A DNA stretch of 64,000 bases from the human T2T-CHM13v2.0 reference genome, Homo sapiens: NCBI RefSeq assembly GCF_009914755.1, contig NC_060935.1. One strand, written 5' to 3'. The position numbers and the translations under genes are program-made. The notes beneath the pieces are model-generated. The model saw nothing but the letters and a program-made list of their open reading frames with translations. It ran no database searches and had not been told where the DNA came from. How positions within the stretch are numbered: the stretch's first letter is position 1; every line of letters starts with the position of its first letter. Positions 18,806-36,854 of the stretch are shown here, piece by piece.

Positions 18806-20139
18806 GACTGGTAGAGCAATGCCCTATGAAACAAGAAGCTGGATAACACTGTAAGTATTTCTTTGGTTTGGGGGAATTGGAGTCTAAAGGGCATGCTTTG
18901 TTTTCCGGTTGGGTGGGCTGGTGTACTGCTGGGTGTTTTTGGTAAATGTGAAGATTTCCTCCTGCCTAGTTAGCCTGCACTCTGCATGCATGCCATACAC
19001 AAGGCAGCTGGCTCACCACAGTGGACTGTGACAGTTCACAGCTCCCTGCCAGCCAGTTAGACTGTCCCATCAATCTGTCCCAGAAGCTCCCACACCCTCT
19101 CATCTGACAGTAATTCAATCCTTTCCTTGGATTTCTCTGATCACCCGCCCTGTGTTCTTCTCTCTCCTGTCCCTTGCTGTCTGAGCTGCTCAGACTTCAG
19201 CAGCCATATGGACTAAAGCAAAAGTGAGTTCATCCACAGAGCATGTGCTTGGGCAGCCAAGTCCTCCAGGTTTGAATAAAATGACCCAACGCATTTGGTA
19301 TTCACTGGGCAGTCACACAGGGACATGTCCATTCTAGGATGTCCCTCATAAAGGCCAGATGCTGCCTCAGCCAGATTCGCCTAAGTTCTTTGATTGGGAC
19401 TCCTGGTGGCAGGCATGGGAGGTCAAACTCCTTCCACTTTCCCGTCCTATCCGCGCCTCCCAATTCCTCATTCTCCTAACCACTGGTTTTGCCTTAATGA
19501 TGAATTCCAACAAGAATTCCCATTCCCAATTCCATTTGGATTCTTCCCAAAGTGAAATCCCTCACCTGGTCTATAGCTGCAAATTGAAAAGACTCAAATT
19601 ATGGCTTTTATAGACAACGTACTACTGTATTTCTTGGGGGCAAAGAACTGGCACTGGCTAATGAGTTATATTCCAATGTACAATGCCCTCTGATTGTGTA
19701 TTATATATTAGCACTCTGGGATTGAAAGAGACAATTGTGTCGTGTTTGCCCATTAATCGGGAATACTCATCTCAGCTGCGCTGTGTTGCATGCCAGCCAA
19801 ACTTGTCATTCTCATACCCAACAGCTTTTAATTGTTGTGTTGCCCTTTCATGGTAACCTTTCTCAGAGTTTGGAGAGCAAAAACAGAGTCCTACCTAAAT
19901 ATCAGCTCCTTCCCACTCTGAGAAAAAAAAAGAATCCATTTAGATGGAAAGGATTTGGGTTTTCTCATTCCCAGAGGCTGACAATGCTTCAGCGATTTCC
20001 AGTACCCAGCAAGTCTAAATGCTAGCTATGGGATTGCTTCTTCTAGTAAAGTTAGGAAATATATCATACAAGAAAAGGGCTCCCATGACCTCACAGTAAG
20101 CTGGAGACTAAAATAGAAGAAATGCCTTAAAAATCATTG

Positions 20140-20665
20140 TCGAGACCCAATTCAATGCAAGTAACAGAAAAATCTAAATCAAACTGTCTTAGGTGAACAT
20201 TTTTATTCACTCATATAACTGAAAAGACCCGGGATAGTAGTGCTTCAGCCTATCTAGATTCAGGGCTTGAAAATCTCTTCAAGACTTGGTCCCATCCTTG
20301 CCACATGTTTGCTCTTCTGTTGCCATATAAACTTCTGGTCAAGGGAGCTTTATTCTCCTTCTTGCCCATCTTGTGGCAAGATTGCGGCCAGCAGGTCAGT
20401 GGCAGGCTCTGAGCTCTAGTGGAAGTCCCAAGATTGAGTCTCACTGGACTAGTCTGGCTCATGGTTCTTGTTCTGAGCCAATCACGTTGCCCACGGGGAA
20501 TGGAGCCTGAAAATTGGCCAGACGTAGGTCACTCTTGCCCCTAGACATGGAAGGGTTAAATCCATCCACCCAAACCACGAAAACTGCAATGAGAGGTGGT
20601 GGTGGTTCTCCAGGAAAATCCACGGGCTGTTACCAGAAAAATGGGGAACAGATGCTGAACAAGCA
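20140..20665 (-). mobile_element. Old MaLR LTR (MLT1J/K-like)
   Basis: tgcaagtaacagaaaa...aactg; ctgagccaatcac; gctgttaccagaaaaatgggga. Confidence 0.6.
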
Positions 20666-20779
20666 AGAAAAACGGAGGTACTGTCTCTTCATCTCAGCTT
20701 CAAGAATGAAGGTTGAATGTGTTTGTAGGTTGGTAATGTAAGTTAATGTCTTCTCCCAGAACCCTGTCCAGAATAAAGA

Positions 20780-20985
20780 GTACCGTTTACTGAGTGCTGG
20801 GCCCTGTGCCCAGTGTGGTACGTCCTTTCATTTAATCCTTACGCCTGCCCTGCCCTATGATGGGCCCCCGTTTCTAAATAAGGGAAGGAGGCATAAGGAG
20901 ATTAAATGTCATGCTCGAAGCTACACAACTGCTAAAGACTGAGTCGTTATTTAACCGTGGTCTGACTGCAAAGCCCATGTTTATT
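20780..20985 (-). mobile_element. MIR
   Basis: tttactgagtgc...tcatttaatcctta...gagattaaatgtcatgctcgaag. Confidence 0.6.
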
Positions 20986-20993
20986 CTCCTTTT

Positions 20994-21170
20994 GTGTATT
21001 TCCCAAACTTGCCTATTCACAAGACTCTCTGGGGGGTGTTTGTGAAAAACACAGGTTCTCAGGCGCTCCTCCTGGGAGATTCTGATTCAGAAAGTCTGGG
21101 CAGAAGTCTGAGCATCTCTTTTAACAGGTGTGCTCAGTAATCCTTATAATTAGACAAGGTTGAAAATGCA
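20994..21170. mobile_element. MER5-like hAT-Charlie
   Basis: tttcccaaacttgcc...gagattctgattcagaaagtctggg. Confidence 0.65.
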
Positions 21171-21470
21171 TAATATACTGCCTCCCACAGGTTAAAAAAT
21201 AGCTGACACGGCCTTTGCACAAACCTATCCCCCTTTCTCTGCTCTTCCTTTCCCGACAGAAGACCTGAGGGGATTGCTGGCATTGCTGTAGCTGCCCATC
21301 ATGTTTACTCCACTCTCTAGAATGGTGCTCTGCAAAGATGGGGTGCATAAGAGGTCCAACCGATGTATGGGAGGCAATGTTTCTTTTCTGTCTATTTCTA
21401 TTTAATTTTTACCCTAAAAGAAAAAAAAATTCAGCTTTACAAAGATTTAATATCCAAACTAACACTAGTA

Positions 21471-21780
21471 TTCTTTTTTTTTTTTTTTTTTTGAGACGGA
21501 GTCTTGCTTTCTCACCCAGGCTGGAGTGCAGTGGTGCAATCTCGGCTGACTGCAACCTCTGCCTCCTGGGTTCAAGCGATTCTCTTGTCTCAGCCTCCTG
21601 AGTAGCTGGGACTACAGATGTGCACCACCATGCCCGGCTAATTTTTTTTTTTGTTTGTATTTTTAGTACATACGGCGTTTCACCTCGTTAGCCAGGATGG
21701 TCTCGATCTCCTGCCCTCGTGATCTGCCCGCCTCGGCCTCCCAAAGTGCTGGGATTACAGGCGTGAGCCACCGCTCCCGG
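21471..21780 (-). mobile_element. AluSc-like
   Basis: Dimer; TSD aacactagtattctt. Confidence 0.92.
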
Positions 21781-22174
21781 ACAACACTAGTATTCTTACT
21801 CAATCATGAGCCCAGGGCCATATATGGTGCCTGAGGTGAGAAGAGTATCCCACAATAGGGGGGATAATGGTGCTCCCACTCATTTGTGAGCTTCCAGGCA
21901 ATTGATAATTTATCTGTATTGAAATGAAATTACAGATTATTTATTCACTCTCTTGTCCCCTGAAGTTGCCAGTCATAGAGACAAGTACGGTTTCAGAGAC
22001 ACATTTTACAAAATCATCAACACACATACAGTCCTTATATTATACAAACTGTTTCAGAGCATAGAAAAGGGGAAAACCTACCCAGATCTTTTTACAAAAT
22101 TGGTATAACTTTGATTCTAAAGCTGACAAGAACAAGAAAGTAATCTATTAATCACACTTAAGAGTGTAGATGCA

Positions 22175-23150
<976 letters not shown>

Positions 23151-23223
23151 TTACATAAATAAATAGGATTCCTGGGGTATAATCATGAAGTAGTATTATT
23201 TTTCTCCTGTGATTGCACTTGGG

Positions 23224-23511
23224 TTTTCTTTGTTTTTAGTTTTTAGAAAGAGTCTTGCTGTGTGGCTCAGCCTGGAGTGCAGTGGCGCCGTCTCGGCTTG
23301 CTACAACCTCTGCTTCCTAGGTTCAAGAGATTCTCATGCCTCAGCCTCCCGAGTTGCTGGGACTACAGGCCACGACTAAGTTTTGTATTTTTAGTAGAGA
23401 TGGGGTTTCACCATGTTGGCCGGGCTGGTCTCGAACTCCTGACCTCAGGCAATCTGCCCACCTCAGGCTCCCAAAGTGCTGGGATTACAGGCGTGAACCA
23501 CCGTGTCCTCC
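23224..23511 (-). mobile_element. AluS
   Basis: Dimer with small deletion. Confidence 0.88.
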
Positions 23512-23638
23512 ACACTTGTAAGCTGAATAGATGGCAAGTTCTTTCTTGTCTCTGAATGAAATCTCTGCCAGGTGTCACTGACTTTTCTGGCCACTCTGAA
23601 TAAAAAGTCCTCTGACCATGAAAACCAGTCTCAGTTCA

Positions 23639-23992
<354 letters not shown>

Positions 23993-24174
23993 TCAAAACT
24001 TCCAACATCACAAAGCATAAGTTATCTTGGCCCCTACCTGAGCCTGCAGCGGGCGGAGAGCCCGCAGTGGGAATGGAGGGTGTGGTATGTGTCTCATCTG
24101 TCTTCCTCAGTGGTGTTTTCTCCTCCTACCCATGAATTCTTTAGGTGGCCTCTGACTCCTATAGGTTGAAACAG

Positions 24175-24466
24175 GGTCACGCCAGTAATCCCAGAACTTT
24201 GGGAGCCCGAGGCGGGTGGATCACGAGGTCAGGAGATCGAGTCCATCCTGGCTAACACAGTGAAACCCCGTCTCTACTAAAAATACAAAAAATTAGCTGG
24301 GCGTGGTGGCATGTGCCTGTAGTCCCAGCTACTCGGGAGTAGCTGCCTCTCGGCTGAGGCAGGAGAATCGCTTGAACCCGGGAGGTGGAGGTTTCAGTGA
24401 GCCAAAATTGCACCACTGCACTCCAGCTTGGGCGACAGAGGGAGATTCCGTCTGAAAAAAAAGAAA
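24175..24466 (+). mobile_element. AluSc-like with internal templated insertion
   Basis: Dimer lacking the first ~15 nt. Confidence 0.9.
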
Positions 24467-24739
24467 CGGAAGGGAGAGGGGGCAACAGGAAGGTCCTACT
24501 CGCACAGCACTGACGTGAGCTGGCATTAGAACTCCCTGAGCTGGGCGGAAGTTTAAAGTTAACTTTTTGTAGCATGGAGCACTTTGTGAACTTTTTTTGA
24601 GATCATGTCCCTCCACCCACCACCTGGCCCCTCCCTTTTTGGGGATCTCTCACCTGTCATTTCATTCTTGCAGGAGAATGCATCTTTTCTAAGTCTTCCC
24701 TTAGCAGCTCAGTGTTTAGCTCTCGTTCTAGTTCCAGTA

Positions 24740-24988
24740 TTTTTTTTTTTTTTTGAGATAGGGTTCGGCTCTGTTGCCCAGGCTGAAGTGCAATGGCACA
24801 ATCTTGGTTTACTGCAACCTCCACCTCCTGGGCTTAAACCATCCTCCTATCTCAGTCTCCTTAGTAGGGATTTCAGGTGCATGCCACCATACCAGACTAA
24901 TTTTTGTATTTTGGGTAGAGACGAGGTTTCGCCATGTTGCCCAGGCTGGTCTCAAACTCCTGGCCTCAAGTGATCCTCCTGCCTCAGC
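24740..24988 (-). mobile_element. AluJ, 5'-truncated
   Basis: Diverged dimer. Confidence 0.88.
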
Positions 24989-25475
24989 ATAGCTCTAGTT
25001 TTCTAGAAGCTGGTCCTCTTAGCTGGATCTAGGAAACTTTACAATGGCAAACACTCTCTTAGGGCTCACAACTGGCCCATGGAAGATATTTTCATACTTT
25101 GCTCAGATAAACTCTGGGAACGTGGAAATTCCCCAGTGCCTCTCTTTGCTGAGGGTAGTACTGCCCTCAGAGCGACTACCAGCCAGTCCCCCATCCTTTA
25201 GAGTTCTCAGATGTTAGATACTGTCTTCTCTGTCCTTCGTGCTCTGGGAGACTCTGAGGAAGAGCAAAAGGCCAAGAAGACTAAATTCCATTTTTAAAAA
25301 GAAGATGGTGGGACTTGTTCTGTGACATCATAAGACTTATTTAAACTATAGAAATAAGAACATAGTGGGATGGTGCAAGAATTGGAAAATAAGTCAATGG
25401 AATAGGATAGGAACCCAGAACATCCTCACATGGATGTGGACATTTACTATATGATAAAGATAGAATTAAAAATTG

Positions 25476-25773
25476 GCCAGGCGTGGTGGCTCATGCCTGT
25501 AATCCCAGCACTTTGGGAGGCCGAGGTGGGTGGAACATGAGGTCGGGAGTTCAAGACCACCCTGGCCAAGATGGTGAACTCCCATCTCTACTAAAAATAC
25601 ACAAATTAACCGGGCATGGTGGTGCTCAGTTGTAATCCCAGCTACTCGGGAGGCAGAGGCAAATAATTTCTTGAACCCCGGAGATGGAGGTTGCAATGAG
25701 CAGAGATCATGCCACTGCATTCCAGCCTGGGTGACAGAGCGAAACTCTATCTCAAAAAAAAAAAAAAAAAAAA
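25476..25773 (+). mobile_element. AluSg-like
   Basis: Full dimer. Confidence 0.92.
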
Positions 25774-25893
25774 TCAATGAGAAAATAATGAACTGTTTAA
25801 TACGTGGTGCTTGGAAAATCAATTATCCATATGGAAAAACACAAAATTAGAACCCTGTCCTACATAACAGGTGGGTTAAAAATCCTACAAGTA

Positions 25894-26245
<352 letters not shown>

Positions 26246-26804
26246 TCAATTATGTTTGCAAAGCTTAATTAAAAAAACACAAATCCTGAGGTAGATCTCT
26301 AAATCCCATTTCCCTTGGTGAAATGGCTGGTTCCAGGTTTGGGGCAAGATATGCACATGATGAGCATTGGAGAACTTGTTTTGCCAGGAAGTGAAGAAGC
26401 ACTCTGAGACTACTTGGGATCGTGTCGAAACAGCAGAGGACCCACTTTGAATGGGTTCCCACTGGCTGAAGTGGGGCAATTTCTGCATCAAAAAGGATAG
26501 TAGTAATACAATGGATTAAAACCTATCAAATACATAAAAATCATGACTTCACAATGATTCCTAAAAATAATCATAAAGCCAAGCAACCTAATGGCTTGTC
26601 TTTGGAGGTTACGGTTGGGGTTTATTATTCTGAAAATGAATGAATAATGAGAAAGCATTTATTTTACCTTTCCTATGACAACTATATTTTAGAAAAATAA
26701 GTAGTTGATAAAAGTAGTTCCTGCCTATATAGAATTCCAACTTATCAATGCAGGAGAAATTACAGATTTTTAAAAAATTACCTCCAATGAAATAATTGAT
26801 CTAG

Positions 26805-27118
26805 GGCTGGGTGCAGTGGCTCATGCCTGTAATCCTAGCACTTTTGGAGGCCAAGGCAGGAGGGTCACTTGAGGTCAGGAGTTTAAGACCAGCCTGGGCA
26901 ACATGGCAAAACCTCGTCTCTACCCAAGATATGAAAATTAGCGGGGTGTGGTGGCGCATGCCTGAAGTCCCTACTAGGGAGGCTGAGATAGGAGGATGGT
27001 GTGAGCCCGGGAGATGGAAGTTGCAGTGGACCAAGATCTTGCCATTGCACTTTAGCCTGGGCAACAGAGCCAGACTTGTCTCAAAAAAAAAAAAAAAAAA
27101 AAAAGAAAGAAAGAAAGA
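26805..27118 (+). mobile_element. AluJ
   Basis: Full dimer; TSD ttgatctag. Confidence 0.9.
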
Positions 27119-27778
27119 CTTGATCTAGGCAACAAGGCAACATTCAATAATGAGGCTAAAACTATTGGCTGGAATATTGATAGAGAACATTATAATGGAA
27201 GGGCCGGGCTGACCTCACCTATACCCCATGATCAATCTATGATCAATCTTAGCCTCCCTACAAGTAGGGCGGCTCAAACACTATGTGCCTCATGGTGTAA
27301 TGCAACAGGAAACATCATTTATACTTTCTTGCCTAAACAACTGAACCTGATTGTATCATCTTTAGAATTTGCTACTAGTTTACAGGAAATATGAGTGACA
27401 GAAGAATGACTTAAATGACAAGAATACAGTCAGCTAAATCAAAAAGGTGGGACATTCCATTGGAAAGATGACCCAGTTTTTCTCCAATAATTATGCATTA
27501 TTCTCCAACCAAGATGGCATTAGAAAAAAAGGGAGGGTGGATTTTTGGGATAAAATAGACTGAGAAGAGATAACAAATGCTATGTGAGACCCTTGTTTCC
27601 CTCCCAATTTGAACAAATCAACAATAAAAACACAATTTGAGAAAATCAAGGAAATATGCATATGGATTCGTATTAGAAGACATTAAGGAATTAATATTTT
27701 TGTTATGTATGATGAAAGTATAGTGATTATGTTTAAAAAATATCTTTATCATCTATATAAGGACACATTAGAGTGTAA

Positions 27779-28862
<1,084 letters not shown>

Positions 28863-28871
28863 GTAACATAG

Positions 28872-29330
28872 TGTCATACTAGACCCCTATTGACTCCAAT
28901 AGAGATGGCATCATGTCCAAGAGGCCAAAGAAAAGATCTAGAGACAGCCAATGAGACATAGGGTTTATTTGGGGGAACTTACATACAGGGATGGTCTATT
29001 CGCAGTGGGCTGGACAGGACAACCACTACTATTGGTAAAAAAGCATGCAGTTTATACAGCATTTTCACATAGCATCCTCCACCTAGCAACCGTCACCTAC
29101 TAACCTCCATTTAATCCCCCAAAAAGGGACTTGATCCCCTGTATTACCTGTGTTCCAAGTGACAGGCCAAAGGTTCAGATGTCCTTCGTGGATTAGGAGT
29201 GGATCTCCTGGTTGGCTGCTCCTGGATCCCTTAGCTTGGGACTCTGAACACACATTCTTCTTAGACCGCAGAGTCATTCACAGAGTCATGCTTCAGTGAA
29301 GTTATTGCTGTCAGGGGTGCCTGCCACATG
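28872..29330 (-). mobile_element. ERV solo LTR (family tentative, LTR47-like)
   Basis: tgtca start; gagacatagggtttatt (reverse AATAAA) followed by reverse TATA-like tttata. Confidence 0.55.
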
Positions 29331-29389
29331 CATGGTGAAATGCCTTTCAAATGGTCTTTTACCCCAACGCTTCAGGGAACCTTAAAGAA

Positions 29390-30405
<1,016 letters not shown>

Positions 30406-31688
30406 TTCATGAACTACATAAACTGGCCAGATGCTTCACTCAAGGGTCTATAATATGAGCACCTCAGTTGGTCTTGCTGGGCGCCACGGCCTGAGAATGT
30501 AATACAAACTAGGAGGAGCAGATTTCCTGCTTTCAGTGAGGTGGGTGCCGGAGCAGCGCACTGGAGCAGCACACTGGAGCACCGCACCAGTGTTTGTGGG
30601 GCTCAGAGGAGGGCACCAATGGGTGCAGCCATGCGAAGAGCAGTGTCCTGGGGGCCCTTGGAGAGAGGCTCCAGCACCCTTCCAGAGCACCCGTGGGGTG
30701 CCTGGGGGCTCCTGGAACCAGAAAGGCAGGGTATGAGGAAGTCTTCTGCTGACGAGGGCTGAGCCCCACCCAGGCTGATGGGGCTTGAGGACATCTGGCC
30801 TACACTCACAGAATGTAGATTAGGCATTTTACATACAAGCACAACAGTCCAAACCCTGGGTCACCCCTATTTTACAGTTACGGAAATAAAGGCAGAAAAC
30901 CATTTAGCTTTTGACCTCTTACAAAGGCTGGGCGAGAACTATCTCCTGCCTCCAGGCTGCTCTCTCACCCCCACCATCCAGTAAATCTTTCTAACTTTCT
31001 GCACACCTTTGTCTAACATGCTGAAAGACTGTCAAAGGACTTGCAGGGTTCAGCCCAAGAGGTGTTAATAGCTACTATCTTCTTTCTGAAGCTTTTATCA
31101 GGAACTGCTGTTTTCACAAATCAAACTGTGAGAACATTTGCCAGAAATTTCCCTGGAGCCCAGGCTTCACTCTTCCTGCAGCATCAGAACGGGCATGTTT
31201 AGTGGTGGCGATTGCATTGCTTGAGGCCTGTGGCCACTACCAAGCCTGAGTCCGTTGTGTCCTTAGAAGCTCTGCTCTTTCCATTTGATGCCTGTGTCTC
31301 CGGTGGAGCCCAGGAGGGGGTGGCAACGTTTCTGTGGCACTTTGCCAGCGGCAAGAAGGCTAGGCTTGCCCTGAGAATTTCCATTTGTAGGCTCTGAATC
31401 AAGTCCAGGGAGCTACTTGCCATGGAAATCCTGGTGGTGGTTTGGCTAGAGGAGACAGGTATACTTGCAGGCAGCTATTTTCCCGGCCCTGCCAGCTGAA
31501 CTGATGAAGCACCTGTGATGGACTCATTTCTCACATTCCCACGATTTGGCAATTTCTTTTGATAAAAGTTTCCTCCTTGCCATGTCTGTGGACTCAAATC
31601 TGGGAATTATGTTTGATGTTGAAAGACTTTTGCATTTTGGACTTGTTTGGACCATGTCTGCCTTGTTTATAGAGTGGGGGCATCTTCT

Positions 31689-32004
31689 GGTTTAGTGCAG
31701 TGGCTCACACCTGTATTCCCAGCACTTTGGGAGGCTGAGATGGGTGGATCACTTGAGGTCAGGAGTTTGAGACCAGCCTGGCCAACGAGGTGAAACCCTG
31801 TCTTTACCAAAAATACGAAAATTAGCTGGGCTGGTGGTGGGCGCCTGTAATCCCAGCTACTTGGGAGGCTGAGGCAGGAGAATTGATTGAACCCAGGAGG
31901 CAGAGTTTGCAGTGAACCAGGATCTAGCCACTCACTGCACTCCAGCCTGGGCGACAGAGTGAGACTCTACCTCAACAGCAACAGCAACAACAAACAACAA
32001 CAAC
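31689..32004 (+). mobile_element. AluS with (CAA/CAG) tail
   Basis: Full dimer; gcatcttc/gcgtcttc TSD-like. Confidence 0.9.
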
Positions 32005-32491
32005 AGAGTCGAGCGTCTTCCTGTTATAAGTATATGTTCATCTCTGCTCTCTATAAAGACAAGAAATTAAGAAGGGGTTAATAAGAAGAGGATAAAAAGA
32101 AGTAGGGTATTTTTCCTGGTCTTCTTGAAGGTAATCCCATGATATATGTACCAGATACTGAAACCACCCAAACCAGATAGCAGTATTGTGCAGAATGGTA
32201 TAGAGTAAAGAGCTCTACATTAGGAGATGAGCACTATGGCCTTTTCAAGGTGTTTAGTCCACATTGGCCTTGGTTGGCTCCTCTGTAAAATAAGACTAAA
32301 TAATGACTAACCTAAGTAAAGGCAAGAGGTTCAACCTGATCAATATCTGGAGTGACTTTCCTTTTCTTTAAATCTCAGCAATACTGACAATCTAACCATC
32401 CATTCACTCATTCACTATTGCTTTATGTACTCATTGATTTGTACATTCGTTCACTCAACAGGTTTTCATTGAGGGCATATTACATTTTCTA

Positions 32492-32759
32492 TGAAAAGAG
32501 CCCAACTCTGTAAAATATTTGAAGAGATTTATTCTGAGCCAACTGTGAGTGACCAGGGCCTGAGACACAGTTTCAAGAGGTCCTGAGAACATGTGCCCAA
32601 GGTGGTTGGGCACAGCTTAGTTTTATACATTTTAGGGAGACATAAGACATCAATCAATACATGTGAGGTATATATTGGTTTGGTCTGGAAAAGCAGGACA
32701 ACTTGAAGTGGGGTGGGGCTTACAGGTCATAGGTGGATTCAAAGATTTTCTGATTGGCA
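32492..32759 (-). mobile_element. MER4-family LTR fragment
   Basis: aagagatttattctgagccaa...aggtcctgagaacatgtgcccaaggtgg...cattttagggagacataagacatcaatc. Confidence 0.82.
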
Positions 32760-32949
32760 CAAAAAATACAAAAATTAGCTGGCCATGGTGTCACACACCT
32801 GTAGTCCCAGCTATTCAGGAGGCTGAGGTGGGAGGATTCCTTGAGCATGGGAGGTCAAGGTTGCAGTGAGCCGAGACGGTGCCACTGCACTCCAGCTTGA
32901 GAAACAGAGTGAGACCCTGTCTCAAAAAAGAAAAAAAAAAAAAAGAAAA
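32760..32949 (+). mobile_element. AluJ linker plus right arm
   Basis: Begins at aaaaatacaaaaattagc. Confidence 0.85.
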
Positions 32950-34134
32950 CATTCAGTTCCGGTAATCTGGGAAAGCATTAGGAAAGAGGTGACGAAGAAA
33001 ATAAAACATGGTCTGTCTATAGATGCTCACAGGTGGGGAATCAGAAAGCAACAGGAGGTGGGTGGTTTGGAACTAAAGGGCTATGTAGCAGTGAATTTTG
33101 TCAGCATAAGCTGCCAGCCGCTTGTCTTGGTAGGGGCTGTCAAACTCAGTCTAGCAAGTTCCCACACAACCCACCTTGTTGGCCTCTGCAGTCTGCTTTT
33201 CTGCTTGGGTTGAAACCGTCAGTCTCTGGGGAAGGACTGTTGGCAGATGAGCCCGATGAGTTGGGGAATGAAGTTAGACCTAGGTGGTCTCCCAAGGGCA
33301 GGATTTTGTCAAGACTGACGTTTGACAATGAAGCTGATGCAAATGCAGACAGGTGGTGCCCGCTGTGCCCTTTGTGTTGCCTTCCTGTGCTTCTAACTTG
33401 GTGTGACTTGTTCAAAATCCCACCTACTACTTCACCAAGACTAGCTTTCCACACTCTGAAATGGATTTCTGTTTGTGGTCTGTTAGGCCACTGTGTGGTT
33501 TCCCCTATGGGATTCCTTTTTGTGGTTGGAGGTCAAATTCTTTCTTGCCTGCTGCTTCCAGGAATGTGTGCTGTGTGTCTCAGTGTGCTGCACAGGAGGG
33601 TCTTATTTCACCTCCCTTGAATGGAATGGCAGTTATCCAGCAGGTCTGGGTGCATGTATAAATAGAGGGATGCGTAAGCCTGCGTTTAATATCTAGCACA
33701 TAAACCGGCCACCACTGCGTGCTACACAGTCATGTTTTCATTAAAGGCTGCTGACAGCACCGCAGACCATGCTGTGGGGCCCAGCAAACCACCTAATCCC
33801 ACTGCTTGATCCCAGGCATAGATGGGGCAGATTTCACTGCCAGGAACAATTTCTTTCCAGCCACCGCAGCTCTGAGTTTCTGCTGCTTTTCCTGCTTCAG
33901 CTGCTCATTGCTGATGACTCTGGGTCAGACAGGCCAGAGTGCACATGGAAGGCTGAAGTGGACAGCTAATCCCCAAGTTGTAGTCTTTTTTTTTTTTTGC
34001 CAGAAGATTTAGATTCACTCCCCTGTGAATACTTTTGACTACAGAGCTGATGTCAGAAGAGCTGGTTGATCTTTTTTTCTTTTTCTTTGTTCTCGGCCAT
34101 GAACCAAGAAGGGCCATTAAAAGTTCAGCATTTC

Positions 34135-34447
34135 AGCCAGGCGCGGTGGCTCACGCCTGTACTCCCAGCATTTTGGGAGGCCAAGGCAGGCGGATTGCTT
34201 GAGCCCAGGACTTTGAGACCAGCCTGTGCAACATGGCAAAACTCCACCTCTACAAAAAATACAAAAATTACCTGGGCATGGTGGCATTTGCCTGCAGTCC
34301 CAGCTACACTGGAGGCTGAGGCGGTAGGATCACTTGAGCCTGGGAAGTTGAAGCTGCCATGAGCTATGATCGGACCACTGCACTCCAGCCAGGGCAACAG
34401 AGCAAGACTCTCTCTCGATTAAAAACAAATAAACAAACAAAAAACAA
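34135..34447 (+). mobile_element. AluJ
   Basis: Dimer; TSD gttcagcatttc. Confidence 0.9.
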
Positions 34448-34587
34448 CCAGTTGTTCAGCATTTCTGTATCTTTGCCCAACTTTCTACAATGTGCCATGT
34501 GAGAGCATCACTTCCTAGTCTATACAGGATACAGTATGAATTCCTGCTTCTGCCATTCAGATTCCTCACAATGTAGTCCCAAACTAC

Positions 34588-34944
<357 letters not shown>

Positions 34945-35751
34945 TAACTTCTATGTAAGTGGATTGGTCTACTTTCCATTTTCCAATGCGCCTTGTACCA
35001 TTTGTCATTATTGTAGTGGTCTCTTCGCCTAGATTGGCTCCCATTCTCTCTGCCTAGTGAAAGCTTTTCTGTCTACTGGGGCTGAGTTTGATTCTAGGGC
35101 CTCCATAACGACTCTCATCCACAGGTGTCTTTCTATAGCACGCATTATTTCTACTATTTTGTCAACAAGTAATTGTATCATAATCCATACTTTATTGTTG
35201 TATATACTGACTACAATTGAAAGATTTTAGATTGGAATTCTAGATTCTAGTCTCCCCTAGATTGGAAACCCCGTGAGGTCAGGGGTCATGCATGTGCTAT
35301 GTGCTTGGTAACTCGTACAGTGTCAAGTGTTCTGTTCTACACATGAGAGGGGTTGGAAAGTGCTTGCTGATTGAATTAATCATAATCCACCCTTGAAAAA
35401 GCAGAGTTGGCAGTATTTATTAGTGAATCAAGTGACCCTTCAAGGACATTCTCTGGCTAAGCACTGGAACACTGGAATATGAAGTAGTAATTAAAGTTAT
35501 TCTCAGGTCCAGAAGGGAACCCAGAGAATGTTACTCTCCTGACATCCCCTGGAGCCATCCAGAATGTCAGTTTAACTGACCTTACAGGTTGGGTTACTTC
35601 CAAAACTGTAGGTTTCTTGGATTCTATGCTATGAACTCAGAAGACCTGATTTTTACAATTATCATCCCTCAATATGTAGTTGATAATTTGTATTAAGGAA
35701 GGAACAACTGTGTCTAACTTTCTGCTAGATATTGTGGAGAATGCCTGGGAG

Positions 35752-36065
35752 ATATATATATTTATTTATTATTATTTTTTAAATACAGGGTCTCACTCTG
35801 TCACCCAGGCTGGAGTACAATGGTGTGATCTCAGCTCACTGCAGCCTTGACCTCCCATGCTCAAGAGATCCTCCTACCTAAGCCTCCCATGTAGCTGGGA
35901 CTACAAGCATTTGCCACTATGTCTGGCTATTTTTTTTGTATTTTTTGCAGAGACCAGGTTTTGCTGTGTTGCCTAGGCTGGTCTTGAACTCCTGGGCTCA
36001 AGCAATCCACCCCCCGTTGGCTGCCCAGAGTGTTGGGATTACAGGCGTGAGCCGCCATGCCTGGC
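35752..36065 (-). mobile_element. AluJ
   Basis: Full dimer. Confidence 0.9.
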
Positions 36066-36234
36066 ATACCTGGGATATTTGTATAAGATGTGAATGCTTT
36101 TTATAAAAAATTTTGGTTTTGACCAATGCCTTTGGAATTCTTTAAGTAACTGAAACATATAGTCAGTGGCTGCAAACCTTTTTTTTAAAACAACAAATTT
36201 GACTTTTATAAACATCTAAATATCATTTTAGCTA

Positions 36235-36854
<620 letters not shown>

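Noticed and set aside
33033-33620. 195-aa ORF in unique sequence
   Set aside because: GTG start, no domain or family resemblance, no supporting exon structure
33752-33772. REST/RE1-like cagcaccgcagacc
   Set aside because: Right half-site (GGACAGCGCC) too degenerate
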